A DNA stretch of 64,000 bases from Lachnospiraceae bacterium (GTDB lineage: Bacteria; Bacillota; Clostridia; Lachnospirales; Lachnospiraceae). The position numbers and the translations under genes are program-made. The DNA lies in assembly GCA_045628945.1 (NCBI GenBank), contig JAZQQG010000046.1, positions 9,877 through 73,876 on the forward strand. The letters are read 5' to 3'. Below the pieces are notes generated by a model. It was not told the DNA's origin. It made no database searches and saw only the letters and a list, made by a program, of their open reading frames with translations. Positions 55,503 through 64,000 of this stretch are shown piece by piece (the first letter of the stretch is position 1; every line of letters begins with the position of its first letter).

Positions 55503-56450
55503 CTACTTCACAAAATCCTTCACCTTTGCGTAGATTCCGTCACAATCCAAACCATACTTCTTCACCAACGCAGCAGCCGAACCGGACTCGCCGAACATAT
55601 CATTCATACCGATACGAAGCATCTTGGTCGGGCAATTCTCGGCAAGGCACTCAGCAACCGCACCGCCAAGGCCTCCGATTACGGAATGCTCTTCTACGGT
55701 TACAATCTTACCGGTCTCTTTGGCAGCCTTGATAATCAACTCGTTGTCGAGAGGCTTAATCGTGTGGATATTGATTACGCGAGCACTGATACCGTCCTCT
55801 GCAAGCTTCTCAGCCGCAAGCAGGGATTCGCATACCGTAATACCATTGGCAACGATAGTCACATCCGAACCGTCGCGTAAGGTAATTCCCTTACCAATCT
55901 CAAACTTGTAATCCGGATTATCATTGATTACAGGAACAGCGGCACGACCGAAACGAAGATATACGGGACCGTCGTGCTGAATGGCAGCTTCTACGGCAGC
56001 CTTTGCTTCCACATCATCGGAGGGGCAGATTACTACCATGCCGGGGATAACTCGCATTAAGGCAAGGTCCTCGTTGCACTGATGGCTCGCACCGTCTTCT
56101 CCTACGGTAATACCTGCGTGGGTAGCACCGATCTTAACATTCAGATGAGGATATCCTACGGAGTTACGTACCTGCTCGAAAGCACGTCCGGCAGCGAACA
56201 TGGCAAAAGAGGATACGAAGGGAATCTTACCGGTGGTCGCAAGTCCTGCGGCGATGCCCACCATATTCGCTTCCGCAATACCACAATCGATGTGGCGCTC
56301 CGGGAATGCTTTTTTGAAAATCGAGGTCTTGGTAGCGCCTGCCAGATCGGCATCCAGAACCACAAGGTTCGGATACTTCTCACCCATTGCGACTAAAGCA
56401 TTACCATAGCTCTCTCTGGTTGCAATCTTCTTACTCATATCTATCGACAT
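55503..56450 (-). CDS. tkt: Transketolase, C-terminal (pyrimidine-binding) subunit
   Basis: 315 aa. The DADLAGATKT and GIAEANMVGIAAGLA motifs are present. It overlaps the N-terminal-subunit gene by 10 nt. Confidence 0.93.
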   Translation of the reverse strand: MSIDMSKKIATRESYGNALVAMGEKYPNLVVLDADLAGATKTSIFKKAFPERHIDCGIAEANMVGIAAGLATTGKIPFVSSFAMFAAGRAFEQVRNSVGYPHLNVKIGATHAGITVGEDGASHQCNEDLALMRVIPGMVVICPSDDVEAKAAVEAAIQHDGPVYLRFGRAAVPVINDNPDYKFEIGKGITLRDGSDVTIVANGITVCESLLAAEKLAEDGISARVINIHTIKPLDNELIIKAAKETGKIVTVEEHSVIGGLGGAVAECLAENCPTKMLRIGMNDMFGESGSAAALVKKYGLDCDGIYAKVKDFVK

Positions 56451-57274
56451 AACTCGGCACCTACTTTCTCAAGATCTGCCATAGCAATCTCGTACTGTTC
56501 GTCATTGGGAGCAACACCATGCCAGGAAGCCTGGTTCTCCATAAAGGATACGCCCTTGCCCTTGGTGGTATGCGCGATAATACAGGTCGGCTGACCCTTG
56601 GTCTCCCGCGCTTCCTTGAAGGCTGCACGAATCTCATCAAAATTGTGTCCGTCAATGTTGATTACATGGAAGTTGAATACCTCGAACTTCTTATCAATCG
56701 GATAAGGAGAACATACATCTGCAACATTTCCGTCAATCTGCAGACCGTTGTTATCCACAATCACTACCAGGTTATCCAGCTTACGATGGCCGGCAAACAT
56801 CGCTGCCTCCCATACCTGACCTTCCTGAATCTCACCGTCACCGAGTAAGGTGTAGGTACGATATTCCTTGCCGTCTAACTTCGCACTCAATGCCATGCCG
56901 ACAGCAGCACTGATTCCCTGGCCTAAGGAACCGCTGCTCATATCAACACCGGGAACATGCTGAAGACAGGGATGACCCTGCAGATAGGATCCCAGCTTAC
57001 GAAGCGTTGTAAGATCCTCCACCGGGAAATATCCGCGATGTGCAAGTGCGGAATACAGACCGGGTGCGGTATGACCCTTGGAAAGAACGAAACGGTCACG
57101 CTCGGGAGCCTTCTGATTCTTCGGGTCGATATTCATCTCCTCGAAATAGAGATAGGTAAATAAATCTGCTGCAGACAGAGATCCGCCGGGATGTCCGGCC
57201 TTTGCGCTATGAACAGCGGTAACGATGCCCTTACGAACCTCGTTGGCCTGCTTTTGCAGTTCAAGATTGTTCAT
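56441..57274 (-). CDS. tkt: Transketolase, N-terminal (TPP-binding) subunit
   Basis: 277 aa. AKAGHPGGSLSAADL, SKGHTAPGLY and GDGEIQEGQVWEA form the TPP-binding motif. Confidence 0.93.
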   Translation of the reverse strand: MNNLELQKQANEVRKGIVTAVHSAKAGHPGGSLSAADLFTYLYFEEMNIDPKNQKAPERDRFVLSKGHTAPGLYSALAHRGYFPVEDLTTLRKLGSYLQGHPCLQHVPGVDMSSGSLGQGISAAVGMALSAKLDGKEYRTYTLLGDGEIQEGQVWEAAMFAGHRKLDNLVVIVDNNGLQIDGNVADVCSPYPIDKKFEVFNFHVINIDGHNFDEIRAAFKEARETKGQPTCIIAHTTKGKGVSFMENQASWHGVAPNDEQYEIAMADLEKVGAELCR

Positions 57275-57460
57275 GTGATATCCTCCATTTGTACATACTC
57301 GTACTTAAATACTGTATCATAAAAAGAACTGAGATTCTACATGCGATTTGACTTTTCTTGCGAATATGCTATTGTAAAAAAGAATATGCGATTGCCCCTC
57401 AGCCGTAGAAAGGAATCCGGCTTCTCACTAAGGCTTACATCCCACTGCAAAGGAGACCCC

Positions 57461-57760
57461 ATGGAAGGCATGAACAACAATTACGAACCGATTTCCCGCC
57501 CGATTGTCGCAATGATCATGGGAGTATTCTCTCTTGTATTCTTTTTTAATCCCTGGATCGCACTGATTTTCGGAATCATCGGACTGGTATTCTCCCTTCT
57601 CGCCATACAGCAGACTCGCTTAAAGCAGATGGGAATCGCCGGACTGATCACCTCGGTTTTGGGACTGCTCATCGCGGTGTCCATGATTCTCTTTTTCATC
57701 CTGGGAGCCTATTGTTACGGCCGTTCCTGGAACGAGTCCGTCGACCACCTCTTTCGCTAA
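57461..57760 (+). CDS. Small DUF4190-like membrane protein
   Basis: About 99 aa with two or three TMs (IVAMIMGVFSLVFFFNPWIALIFGIIGLVFSLLAI). The start follows AAAGGAGA; the track start is 57341. Confidence 0.6.
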   Translation: MEGMNNNYEPISRPIVAMIMGVFSLVFFFNPWIALIFGIIGLVFSLLAIQQTRLKQMGIAGLITSVLGLLIAVSMILFFILGAYCYGRSWNESVDHLFR

Positions 57761-58876
57761 TTACTCTTCTATACGAGTCATATAAAAGGTATAGCCGAAA
57801 TTATCCGACAGATATACGCTGTTGCAATCCACAAAGTAATAGTTCATGGTGTAGGTATTGCTTTTGTCCGTGAAGGTAATCTGTGAATTCTGTTCATCCA
57901 CACTCCAGCTGAAGTAATCCTTGTATCCCGCAGCACCTGCAGCGGTACGCCCCCACAGCTGTCCGTATCCGCTTCCCGACAATTCATTCTCCACAACCAA
58001 TTCCATATACTCATAGTTGAAAGTACTGTCCGGTCCCGCGAAGCCCATTTGGGGAAGTGCATATTCCAGTTCACAAATGAAATCATACGGAATATTCCAA
58101 TGCGAATATGTCGTTTGCAAAGCGTCCACGAATTCATTACGATCCAATGCTACCGCAGAATCACTCAAATAGTAGTGGGTGAAATGATAATCTTTTCCAT
58201 CGGGAGCGGTAACCGTAAGTTTACCCGTCATACTATCGCAGGAGTAATGATAGTTTTCTTTGCCCTGGAAACAGGTGAATTCATTGGCATTCGGATTCTG
58301 TTCCGTATCCAGTACATACTTCCAAATCGGATAGTTACGCCCGGAATCCATTGCTACCTTCGAGTAGCAGGCAATTGTTACGCTATCATATCCAAATCCA
58401 ATCAGCTGGATTTCATCAAAAGCAGCATCCACAACCTGTCTTTTCATCTCATAGTCCCAGGTCTCTCCACGGTCTGTATATTCGTTGGCTGTCCGACTGT
58501 ATGTCATGCGTAGGTATTCTCCGAAACCGTCCTCATCGACCCAATACGCAAAGAACTTCCCCACACTCGCGTCCTTCTCATTCATCTGTTCTTCGAAATT
58601 CTCATACAACAGATAGGAAATCACAGCAATGTTGCACTGAACCTCCGGTGTCGTCTCCTCAACAGGAATACCTGCGGAAGGCTTCTCCTCCGTATCTTCC
58701 GCTTTCGGAAGGTCTGTCTCATCCTCTTCGGCTCCCACCTGCACCGGATTCACCTCTGCGGGAAGTTTCATACTCGCAGGAAGATCCTTGGCATTGTCCG
58801 AACCGCCACATCCCCCTAACAGACTCATCATCATAAGGCCCACTATCACAGAGCCGATTTTCTTACGCATTCTCAC
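57761..58876 (-). CDS. Hypothetical lipoprotein
   Basis: Lipobox LLGGCGGS, then an acidic linker and an aromatic-rich domain with no family I recognise. Confidence 0.55.
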   Translation of the reverse strand: MRMRKKIGSVIVGLMMMSLLGGCGGSDNAKDLPASMKLPAEVNPVQVGAEEDETDLPKAEDTEEKPSAGIPVEETTPEVQCNIAVISYLLYENFEEQMNEKDASVGKFFAYWVDEDGFGEYLRMTYSRTANEYTDRGETWDYEMKRQVVDAAFDEIQLIGFGYDSVTIACYSKVAMDSGRNYPIWKYVLDTEQNPNANEFTCFQGKENYHYSCDSMTGKLTVTAPDGKDYHFTHYYLSDSAVALDRNEFVDALQTTYSHWNIPYDFICELEYALPQMGFAGPDSTFNYEYMELVVENELSGSGYGQLWGRTAAGAAGYKDYFSWSVDEQNSQITFTDKSNTYTMNYYFVDCNSVYLSDNFGYTFYMTRIEE

Positions 58877-58934
58877 TATCTCCTGTTCTTTTTTTGATTC
58901 TGAGCACTTCGTCCATCTCGGACTTTTCGTTTTT

Positions 58935-59237
58935 CTATGCCTCGTAATCCAAGCACACGCGGCTCTTGGTAAAAGGACGAACCTTCGTATCCGCTACCGC
59001 AACATGTGCAGGATGTACCGCATATCCCTTCAGAGCCTCTTCGCTCTCAAAAGAGGAATCTAACATCACATCGGCATTCGAAGAAGGAAGTCCCTTCGTA
59101 TGAACATGAATATCCAACAATCCGGGAATCTGTCCCTTCAATCCTTCCAAACCTGCCTTGATTCCGGCCTTAACCTCTTCTTTCTGCTCTGCGGATAACT
59201 CATCCTTCAGATTCCACAGAATTACATGCTTAACCAT
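58935..59237 (-). CDS. Dabb-family (stress-responsive alpha/beta barrel) protein
   Basis: 100 aa. The start MVKHVILWNLKDE and the later HPAHVAV region are typical of the Dabb/DUF3291-like ferredoxin fold. Confidence 0.75.
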   Translation of the reverse strand: MVKHVILWNLKDELSAEQKEEVKAGIKAGLEGLKGQIPGLLDIHVHTKGLPSSNADVMLDSSFESEEALKGYAVHPAHVAVADTKVRPFTKSRVCLDYEA

Positions 59238-59293
59238 TCTTCTTTTCCTCCTGTTTCTCCTTGTTCCAAGGTCATAATTCGACCTGCAAAAAA

Positions 59294-60349
59294 CTACTCT
59301 TTTGTATCAAAAACCGTACAGGGAACCGCAGTTGCCTTCAGACCGTATTCTCCGTTGACAATCTTCTCGCCCCACTCCTCGGAAAGTCGGCTTCCGTCCC
59401 ACATGCTGGTCAGGTCCAGATAGGAGACGTTTCCGCCGTTCCCCATCCAGCTCCAGGCCAGATAACCGATTTTTTTCTCCTCGCAGTACTGCATGAGGAA
59501 ATCCTCATCCACATCGCCGTCCGTGTGCTTGTAGCCGAACTCACCGATGCAGACGCATAAGCCGGCCTCCAGAGCATTGTCGATATTCTTCTGAATCGTA
59601 GCGGCATCCTTACCGGCCGTGCCGTACATATGAATCGAGAACATCGTGTTGCCGTCCGGATCTGCCTCAAGAATTGCCGGTCCGCATTCTGCAATACTTT
59701 TGGCCGTCTGCCCCCAGCCGCCGGCATCGATCATAATCGTATTCTTGATTCCGGCCTCACGAAGGCGCTTTACCGCATCGGTATAAGCACTTTCGTAATC
59801 GCTCTGATTGTATCTTCCCTGCCATTCATTGATGATATTCAGAATCGCATAGGCTTCGTTGCCGATTAAGGCTTCCTTAATCTCGATCCAGTAATCCACG
59901 GCCTTTTCGACCATCTCAATCTTATTGGAGCCGGTACCGTCATGCACCTCCAACACCGCAATCATGTTGCGATTGGCACAGGCACTGATCAAAGCGCTGA
60001 CCGCCTTAAGGGAATCCACATTGTACTCTTCTCCATTGGAAAGAACAATACGAATACAGTTGGCACCCGCTTCCTGAATCGCATTCAGCGCCACAGCGGC
60101 CTTATCCTTAAACCAGGTATGCGCATGATTGACTCCGCGCATCACAAAAGGATTGCCGTTGGCATCCAACAACTGATTCCCGCTTACGTGAAAACCGCCG
60201 GTTGCCTCCTCGGTGATTCCGCCGGCTTCCGTCCCCTGCTCGGTTCCCGGCTTCCCGGTATTATTCTGTTTCTTGCCGCCGCAACCAAGCATTCCGACGG
60301 TTAACAGCATCACTAACAGGAATGCGGTAATTTTTTTCGTTCTTTTCAT
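59294..60349 (-). CDS. GH5 beta-mannanase-like lipoprotein
   Basis: Lipobox MLGCGGKK. GFHVSGNQLLDANGNPFVMRGVNHAHTWFKD resembles Bacillus GH5 mannanases. The acid/base motif is NIINEWQG and the nucleophile motif is CIGEFG. The start at 60349 follows GGGAGG; the track start is 60409. Confidence 0.8.
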   Translation of the reverse strand: MKRTKKITAFLLVMLLTVGMLGCGGKKQNNTGKPGTEQGTEAGGITEEATGGFHVSGNQLLDANGNPFVMRGVNHAHTWFKDKAAVALNAIQEAGANCIRIVLSNGEEYNVDSLKAVSALISACANRNMIAVLEVHDGTGSNKIEMVEKAVDYWIEIKEALIGNEAYAILNIINEWQGRYNQSDYESAYTDAVKRLREAGIKNTIMIDAGGWGQTAKSIAECGPAILEADPDGNTMFSIHMYGTAGKDAATIQKNIDNALEAGLCVCIGEFGYKHTDGDVDEDFLMQYCEEKKIGYLAWSWMGNGGNVSYLDLTSMWDGSRLSEEWGEKIVNGEYGLKATAVPCTVFDTKE

Positions 60350-60425
60350 AACACCTCCCGGGGCACTCTGCTTTCTTCGGCCAAGGCCGTCTGCTCCCGC
60401 CCCACTCACTTACCCATATCTTATC

Positions 60426-60470
60426 GAAAAAGAACAAAAAAGGATACTGTGCATTTTTGACACAGTATCC
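60426..60470 (-). terminator. Intrinsic terminator after the response-regulator gene
   Basis: A perfect 10-bp stem, GGATACTGTG...CACAGTATCC, is followed on the minus strand by UUUUUGUUCUUUUU. Confidence 0.75.
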
Positions 60471-60494
60471 TATCTTCTTCATAGATTACAATCC

Positions 60495-60872
60495 TTAGCC
60501 TAACGTCTTTAACGTATCTAACAGTTTCTCCTGCTCAATCGGCTTCACAAGATAACCGAAGGTCTGGTTCTTAAGGGATTCGCTTACCGAATCCTTAATT
60601 CGCTCCGGATGATTCATTCCGGTGATAAATACAATGGGGATCATCTTGCACTCCTCTCGTGCATAGATGTTCTTCATCGTTTCAACGCCGTCCTCATCGG
60701 GCATCAGGTAATCCAACAGAATAATGTCGGGAGTGTGCTTATCCAGAAACTGGAGAGCACTCTTACCGGAGTTCACGATGGTGACATTGTATTCATCCTG
60801 CAGATAGGTACGAATCAGACGAAGCATTAACGGATCGTCATCAATAATCAATACATGCTTCTTATCAGCCAT
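60495..60872 (-). CDS. Stand-alone response-regulator receiver domain (CheY-like)
   Basis: 125 aa. The acidic pocket is IIDDD, the phospho-acceptor is in IILLDYLMPDEDG, and the conserved Lys is in YLVKP. It has no output domain and no adjacent histidine kinase. Confidence 0.88.
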   Translation of the reverse strand: MADKKHVLIIDDDPLMLRLIRTYLQDEYNVTIVNSGKSALQFLDKHTPDIILLDYLMPDEDGVETMKNIYAREECKMIPIVFITGMNHPERIKDSVSESLKNQTFGYLVKPIEQEKLLDTLKTLG

Positions 60873-61028
60873 TTATCGCCACTCCCTTCTGTTGAATTTC
60901 GATATAGTACTATGGTACTACATCGTACATTCAGTATAGCAAGTTTGCGGCATTTGTCTACTGTTCCGAAAACATTTTCGAAAAAGTTGTCGAATTTGTA
61001 TCCTGTTCTGCGGTTTCCTGCGAATTCT

Positions 61029-61745
61029 CTATTTTTTTACCACACGAATCTCCGTGTAAATCTCCTTAAGGACCTCATCCGTATAGACCCGGTCGATCCA
61101 TTTTTCGATAGAGTTTCGCGGCGCTCTTCCCTCTCTGCGACCGGTCTGTCGAAGGGATACCCCGAGAGAGAAAAAACAATCCAATAGAAGAAATATACAC
61201 AAAACCGTTCCGACAATCTTCCCGAATTTCGGTTTGAAATTCTCAATGGTTCGACTGATGAGCGGATAAACCAGACGAATGTAGAGAAATCCGACCACTC
61301 CCCACAGAATACTCATCTGCAGACAGACGCGGCCGTTCAGATTAAAGGCCTTATTGACATAGCTCCAGGATTTCGTTCCGAGAACATGCTCCATTAACCA
61401 GGAGCACATATACTCAAAGCCGGTTCCCAACGCCATACTGGAGAAGTAGAGAATCCATCCGTTCTTACGGCGCACTCGATACAGTAACAGGGTAACCAGC
61501 ACCATCATCACGCCATAGATCGGGCTAAAGGGTCCGATCAACACGCCCCGACGGCTCATCAGATGTCCGCGCAGATACAGATACCATAAGGTCTCCGCCA
61601 GACACCCCATGACACTTCCCAGGACAAATAACCACGCCAGCTTATAGAAACTCAGTCCATACGCATAGGATTCCGGATTATCTTCATATAGAGTTCCGCT
61701 CCGCCTATGATGCGGCAGCTTTTGAAATTTCGTACTATCCATCAT
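61029..61745 (-). CDS. Polytopic membrane protein ('putative ABC-transporter type IV' / CmpB-like family)
   Basis: 238 aa with 5-6 TMs. The assignment is from general resemblance only. Confidence 0.5.
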   Translation of the reverse strand: MMDSTKFQKLPHHRRSGTLYEDNPESYAYGLSFYKLAWLFVLGSVMGCLAETLWYLYLRGHLMSRRGVLIGPFSPIYGVMMVLVTLLLYRVRRKNGWILYFSSMALGTGFEYMCSWLMEHVLGTKSWSYVNKAFNLNGRVCLQMSILWGVVGFLYIRLVYPLISRTIENFKPKFGKIVGTVLCIFLLLDCFFSLGVSLRQTGRREGRAPRNSIEKWIDRVYTDEVLKEIYTEIRVVKK

Positions 61746-62299
61746 TGTTTTTTCCTTGTATGCATGGCACGCAACCGTGCAAAGTACGCCTCATCGCAAC
61801 GATCGAAGGTTCCGTCCTCCGTAAATATTCTCTCATACTCCGTGTAGATTGCCTGAAGAAGCCCCTGATAGGGCTCCCAGTCTGCGAGCATTCTTTCGAT
61901 ATCGTATTCCTGGCGGCAATGATAATCCGGTGCGCTTTTTAAGAATCGACCGCCCTGAGGACGTTCCTCGAAGGAGAGTCTGCAGCCGGTCTCCGTAAGT
62001 GCGATACATTCTCCCATGGCATCCACTCCCACGAAGGTATAGCATTTATGTCGCATCCTCATAAAAAAGAATGCGCCCTTCGGTCCGCTTACCCGATCAA
62101 TCGCATAGAGACCGTCTTCGTCTTGTAGCAGGTTCAAAAGTGCATCGCGGGAAACGCCTGCCTCGGAGGCTTCGAAGGAATCCCCTGACGACACGCCCAG
62201 AGCACGCAGCAGATCCGAGGGCGCCAGAGAACAGCCATGCTCTTTGCAGCATCGTCCTCCACACTTCGCACACTCATCACCCGGTCTGTATCCTTCCAT
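61742..62299 (-). CDS. Cys-rich hypothetical protein (CxxCxxxCC, YkgJ-like metal-cluster motif)
   Basis: CAKCGGRCCKEHGC lies near the N-terminus and further Cys residues follow. It has a 4-nt ATGA overlap with the downstream membrane-protein gene. Confidence 0.45.
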   Translation of the reverse strand: MEGYRPGDECAKCGGRCCKEHGCSLAPSDLLRALGVSSGDSFEASEAGVSRDALLNLLQDEDGLYAIDRVSGPKGAFFFMRMRHKCYTFVGVDAMGECIALTETGCRLSFEERPQGGRFLKSAPDYHCRQEYDIERMLADWEPYQGLLQAIYTEYERIFTEDGTFDRCDEAYFARLRAMHTRKKQ

Positions 62300-62469
62300 C
62301 CATGCCTCCCAGAGCCACCCGACGCCTTCCTCTCTATAGAGTCCGGCTTCCCATATAATGTGTTTTTATAGTATCACACCTACCGAACAGATGAAACCCT
62401 GAATTGTTTTTTGACACAAGTTGGAATATAATAACTCACCGAGAGAAGTCTGAGTTCTCGGAGGTAGAC

Positions 62470-63801
62470 ATGATTCCCGTTATCGTATTGACCGCGTGTG
62501 TGTGCGTGGCTCTGATTACCATTATTCTGACAAGTCCCGGAATCCGCATCGGAAGACACCGACTGCTGATTCTCTACTGGTATGCACCTGTCTTAGGGGC
62601 GATTCTCTTGCTCTGTCTTGGGCTTCTGTCTCCGACCGAGGTCTGGACCGGGCTTACCGCGACCGGAAGCATCAATCCGTTGAAAATCCTGGTGCTTTTC
62701 CTCTCCATGACCAGTCTCTCCATCTTCTTAGATGAGGCGGGGATGTTTCGTTTCCTGGCAGGGCGTGCCATTCTCTTTGCCCGTTCCAGCCAGAAGAAGC
62801 TCTTCCTTGTGCTCTATCTGCTCGTTTCGATTCTGACGGTTTTCACGAGTAATGATATTATCATCTTGACCTTTACGCCGTTCATCTGCTATTTTGCCAA
62901 AAATGCAGGCATCAATCCGATTCCGTATCTCTTCGGCGAATTCGTTGCGGCCAATACCTGGAGTATGGCACTGATCATCGGCAATCCAACCAATATCTAT
63001 CTGGCCACCTCCGCCGGAATCACCTTCGGAGCCTATGTCGCGCGAATGGCTCTTCCGACCGTGTTTGCCGGAGTGATTGCATATCTGCTGCTTCGTCTGA
63101 TTTTCCGCAGGGAACTGAATACCCCCATGAGCCCCATCTCTTCCGAGGCCACCATTCGCTACCCCTGGCTTGTGCGCGTCGGTGTCCTTCACTTGGGTCT
63201 GTGTACCGTTCTTTTGGTGCTGTCCTCGTATCTGAAGCTTGAGATGTGGCTGATTACCTTATGTTTTGCGGTCAGCCTCTTCCTGTGGATTGGTCTTTTT
63301 CCGATGCTTACCCATAAAAAAAGTGAGCCGCACATTCTTCGGCACACCCTGCATCGTCTGCCCTGGGAGCTGATTCCTTTTGTCATTTCGATGTTCCTTC
63401 TTGTGCTGGCGCTTGAGAACCACGGAGTATCAACACTCCTTGAACAGTGGCTTACGGGCCCGGAAGGTGCTGCTTCCTCGGCAGTGATTCTTCAGTATGG
63501 TGCCTCGTCCTTTCTGGTGGCAAACGTAATGAACAACATTCCGATGGCGGTGCTCTTCGGTTCCATCACCGGCCAGATTACCACCGTTTCCAAGCTTCCC
63601 GCCGTCTACGCCGCAATCATCGGCTCGAATCTGGGTGCATTTTTCACCCCTCTCGGAGCCTTGGCCGGCATCATGTGGGCAGGAATTCTGAAACGCCTCG
63701 GAATCGATTTCAGTTTCCGCAAATATATCTCCTACGGTGTTCGAATCTCGATTCCCGCACTGTTTGCGGCCCTGCTTGGCTTGTGGATTCTGTTTCGATA
63801 A
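62470..63801 (+). CDS. ArsB/NhaD-superfamily permease (arsenical-pump/citrate-transporter-like)
   Basis: About 443 aa with 10-12 TMs. The start at 62470 follows a GGAGG RBS; the track start is 62404. Confidence 0.75.
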   Translation: MIPVIVLTACVCVALITIILTSPGIRIGRHRLLILYWYAPVLGAILLLCLGLLSPTEVWTGLTATGSINPLKILVLFLSMTSLSIFLDEAGMFRFLAGRAILFARSSQKKLFLVLYLLVSILTVFTSNDIIILTFTPFICYFAKNAGINPIPYLFGEFVAANTWSMALIIGNPTNIYLATSAGITFGAYVARMALPTVFAGVIAYLLLRLIFRRELNTPMSPISSEATIRYPWLVRVGVLHLGLCTVLLVLSSYLKLEMWLITLCFAVSLFLWIGLFPMLTHKKSEPHILRHTLHRLPWELIPFVISMFLLVLALENHGVSTLLEQWLTGPEGAASSAVILQYGASSFLVANVMNNIPMAVLFGSITGQITTVSKLPAVYAAIIGSNLGAFFTPLGALAGIMWAGILKRLGIDFSFRKYISYGVRISIPALFAALLGLWILFR

Positions 63802-63925
63802 TCCGACGTGCCTTTTTCGGCATAGGCTTTCCCCTTTTTCGCGTAAATTCCACCCAAAACCGCAAAAATGCGGTATAATAGAGTTGGAAACAAAGGAAGC
63901 TTCACATAAAAAGGAGGGATTGCTT

Positions 63926-64000
63926 ATGGAATTCAAGGTAAAAAGACGACCCCTGGAGGCAACGGCAATATTATACGAGCCCGGTAAAGGTCTGGAAGAC
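63926..64000 (+). CDS. 5' end of an unidentified CDS (runs off the right edge)
   Basis: The RBS AAAAAGGAGGG lies 7 nt before the ATG at 63926. The frame MEFKVKRRPLEATAILYEPGKGLED stays open to the window end. Confidence 0.4.
   Translation, partial: MEFKVKRRPLEATAILYEPGKGLED

Noticed and set aside
55027-55880. Overlapping ORFs of 115-164 aa on both strands in the 55.1-55.5 kb gap
   Set aside because: They have non-ATG starts and no RBS, they overlap one another, and they are composed of the hairpin/palindrome sequences. The openness of the frames is a by-product of the repeats. The downstream parts run antisense into transketolase.
1-64000. Mobile elements, prophage genes, CRISPR-cas, restriction-modification or other canonical defence systems
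   Set aside because: I read all ORF translations of 60 aa or more. No transposase, integrase, recombinase, phage structural, Cas, methyltransferase/endonuclease or reverse-transcriptase motifs were seen. No tRNA or rRNA-like sequence was seen in the intergenic regions.

Overview
This 64-kb chromosomal segment looks like a moderate-GC Gram-positive anaerobe (Clostridia/Lachnospiraceae-like). The gene content supporting that guess is a T-box-controlled ileS, pth-mfd, glgC-glgD, murC, a DnaD-domain/DnaI-like loader pair, split transketolase, a preQ1-I riboswitch with queT, and many LxxC lipoproteins. Coding density is high, with about 55 supportable CDS, mostly on the minus strand. I saw no rRNA, tRNA, CRISPR array, transposase or integrase.

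Accessory content:
(i) 2.7-8.8 kb: a LysR regulator, a NitT/TauT-type ABC importer, a nitrilase-superfamily hydrolase and a DASS-type permease.
(ii) 10.8-16.1 kb: a GH5-CBM lipoprotein, a CotH-kinase lipoprotein and a CE2-CE4 esterase. The first of these genes overlaps the mfd stop codon.
(iii) 20.2-26.0 kb: an apparently A+T-richer six-gene cassette encoding a MaoC dehydratase, an SDR, an FkbH-like loader, a carrier protein, an MBOAT and a DltD-like protein. This is my best candidate for an undescribed system. I read it as a Dlt-like envelope acylation pathway using a non-D-alanine, probably glycolysis-derived, acyl unit.
(iv) 43.1-52.5 kb: a six-gene operon that mixes CUT1-type importer permeases and two paralogous giant lipoprotein binding proteins with a HlyD-type adaptor and a truncated MacB-like protein. 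It encodes no ATPase.
(v) 35.4-36.2 kb: a DUF4160 / DUF2442-HTH two-gene module behind a perfect 20-bp palindromic operator.

Non-coding signals include a DnaA-box cluster in front of the helicase-loader operon, four phased 21-22-bp direct repeats, a cluster of hairpins with shared arms, and several intrinsic terminators.

All family calls come from reading motifs in the translations. No database search was possible.
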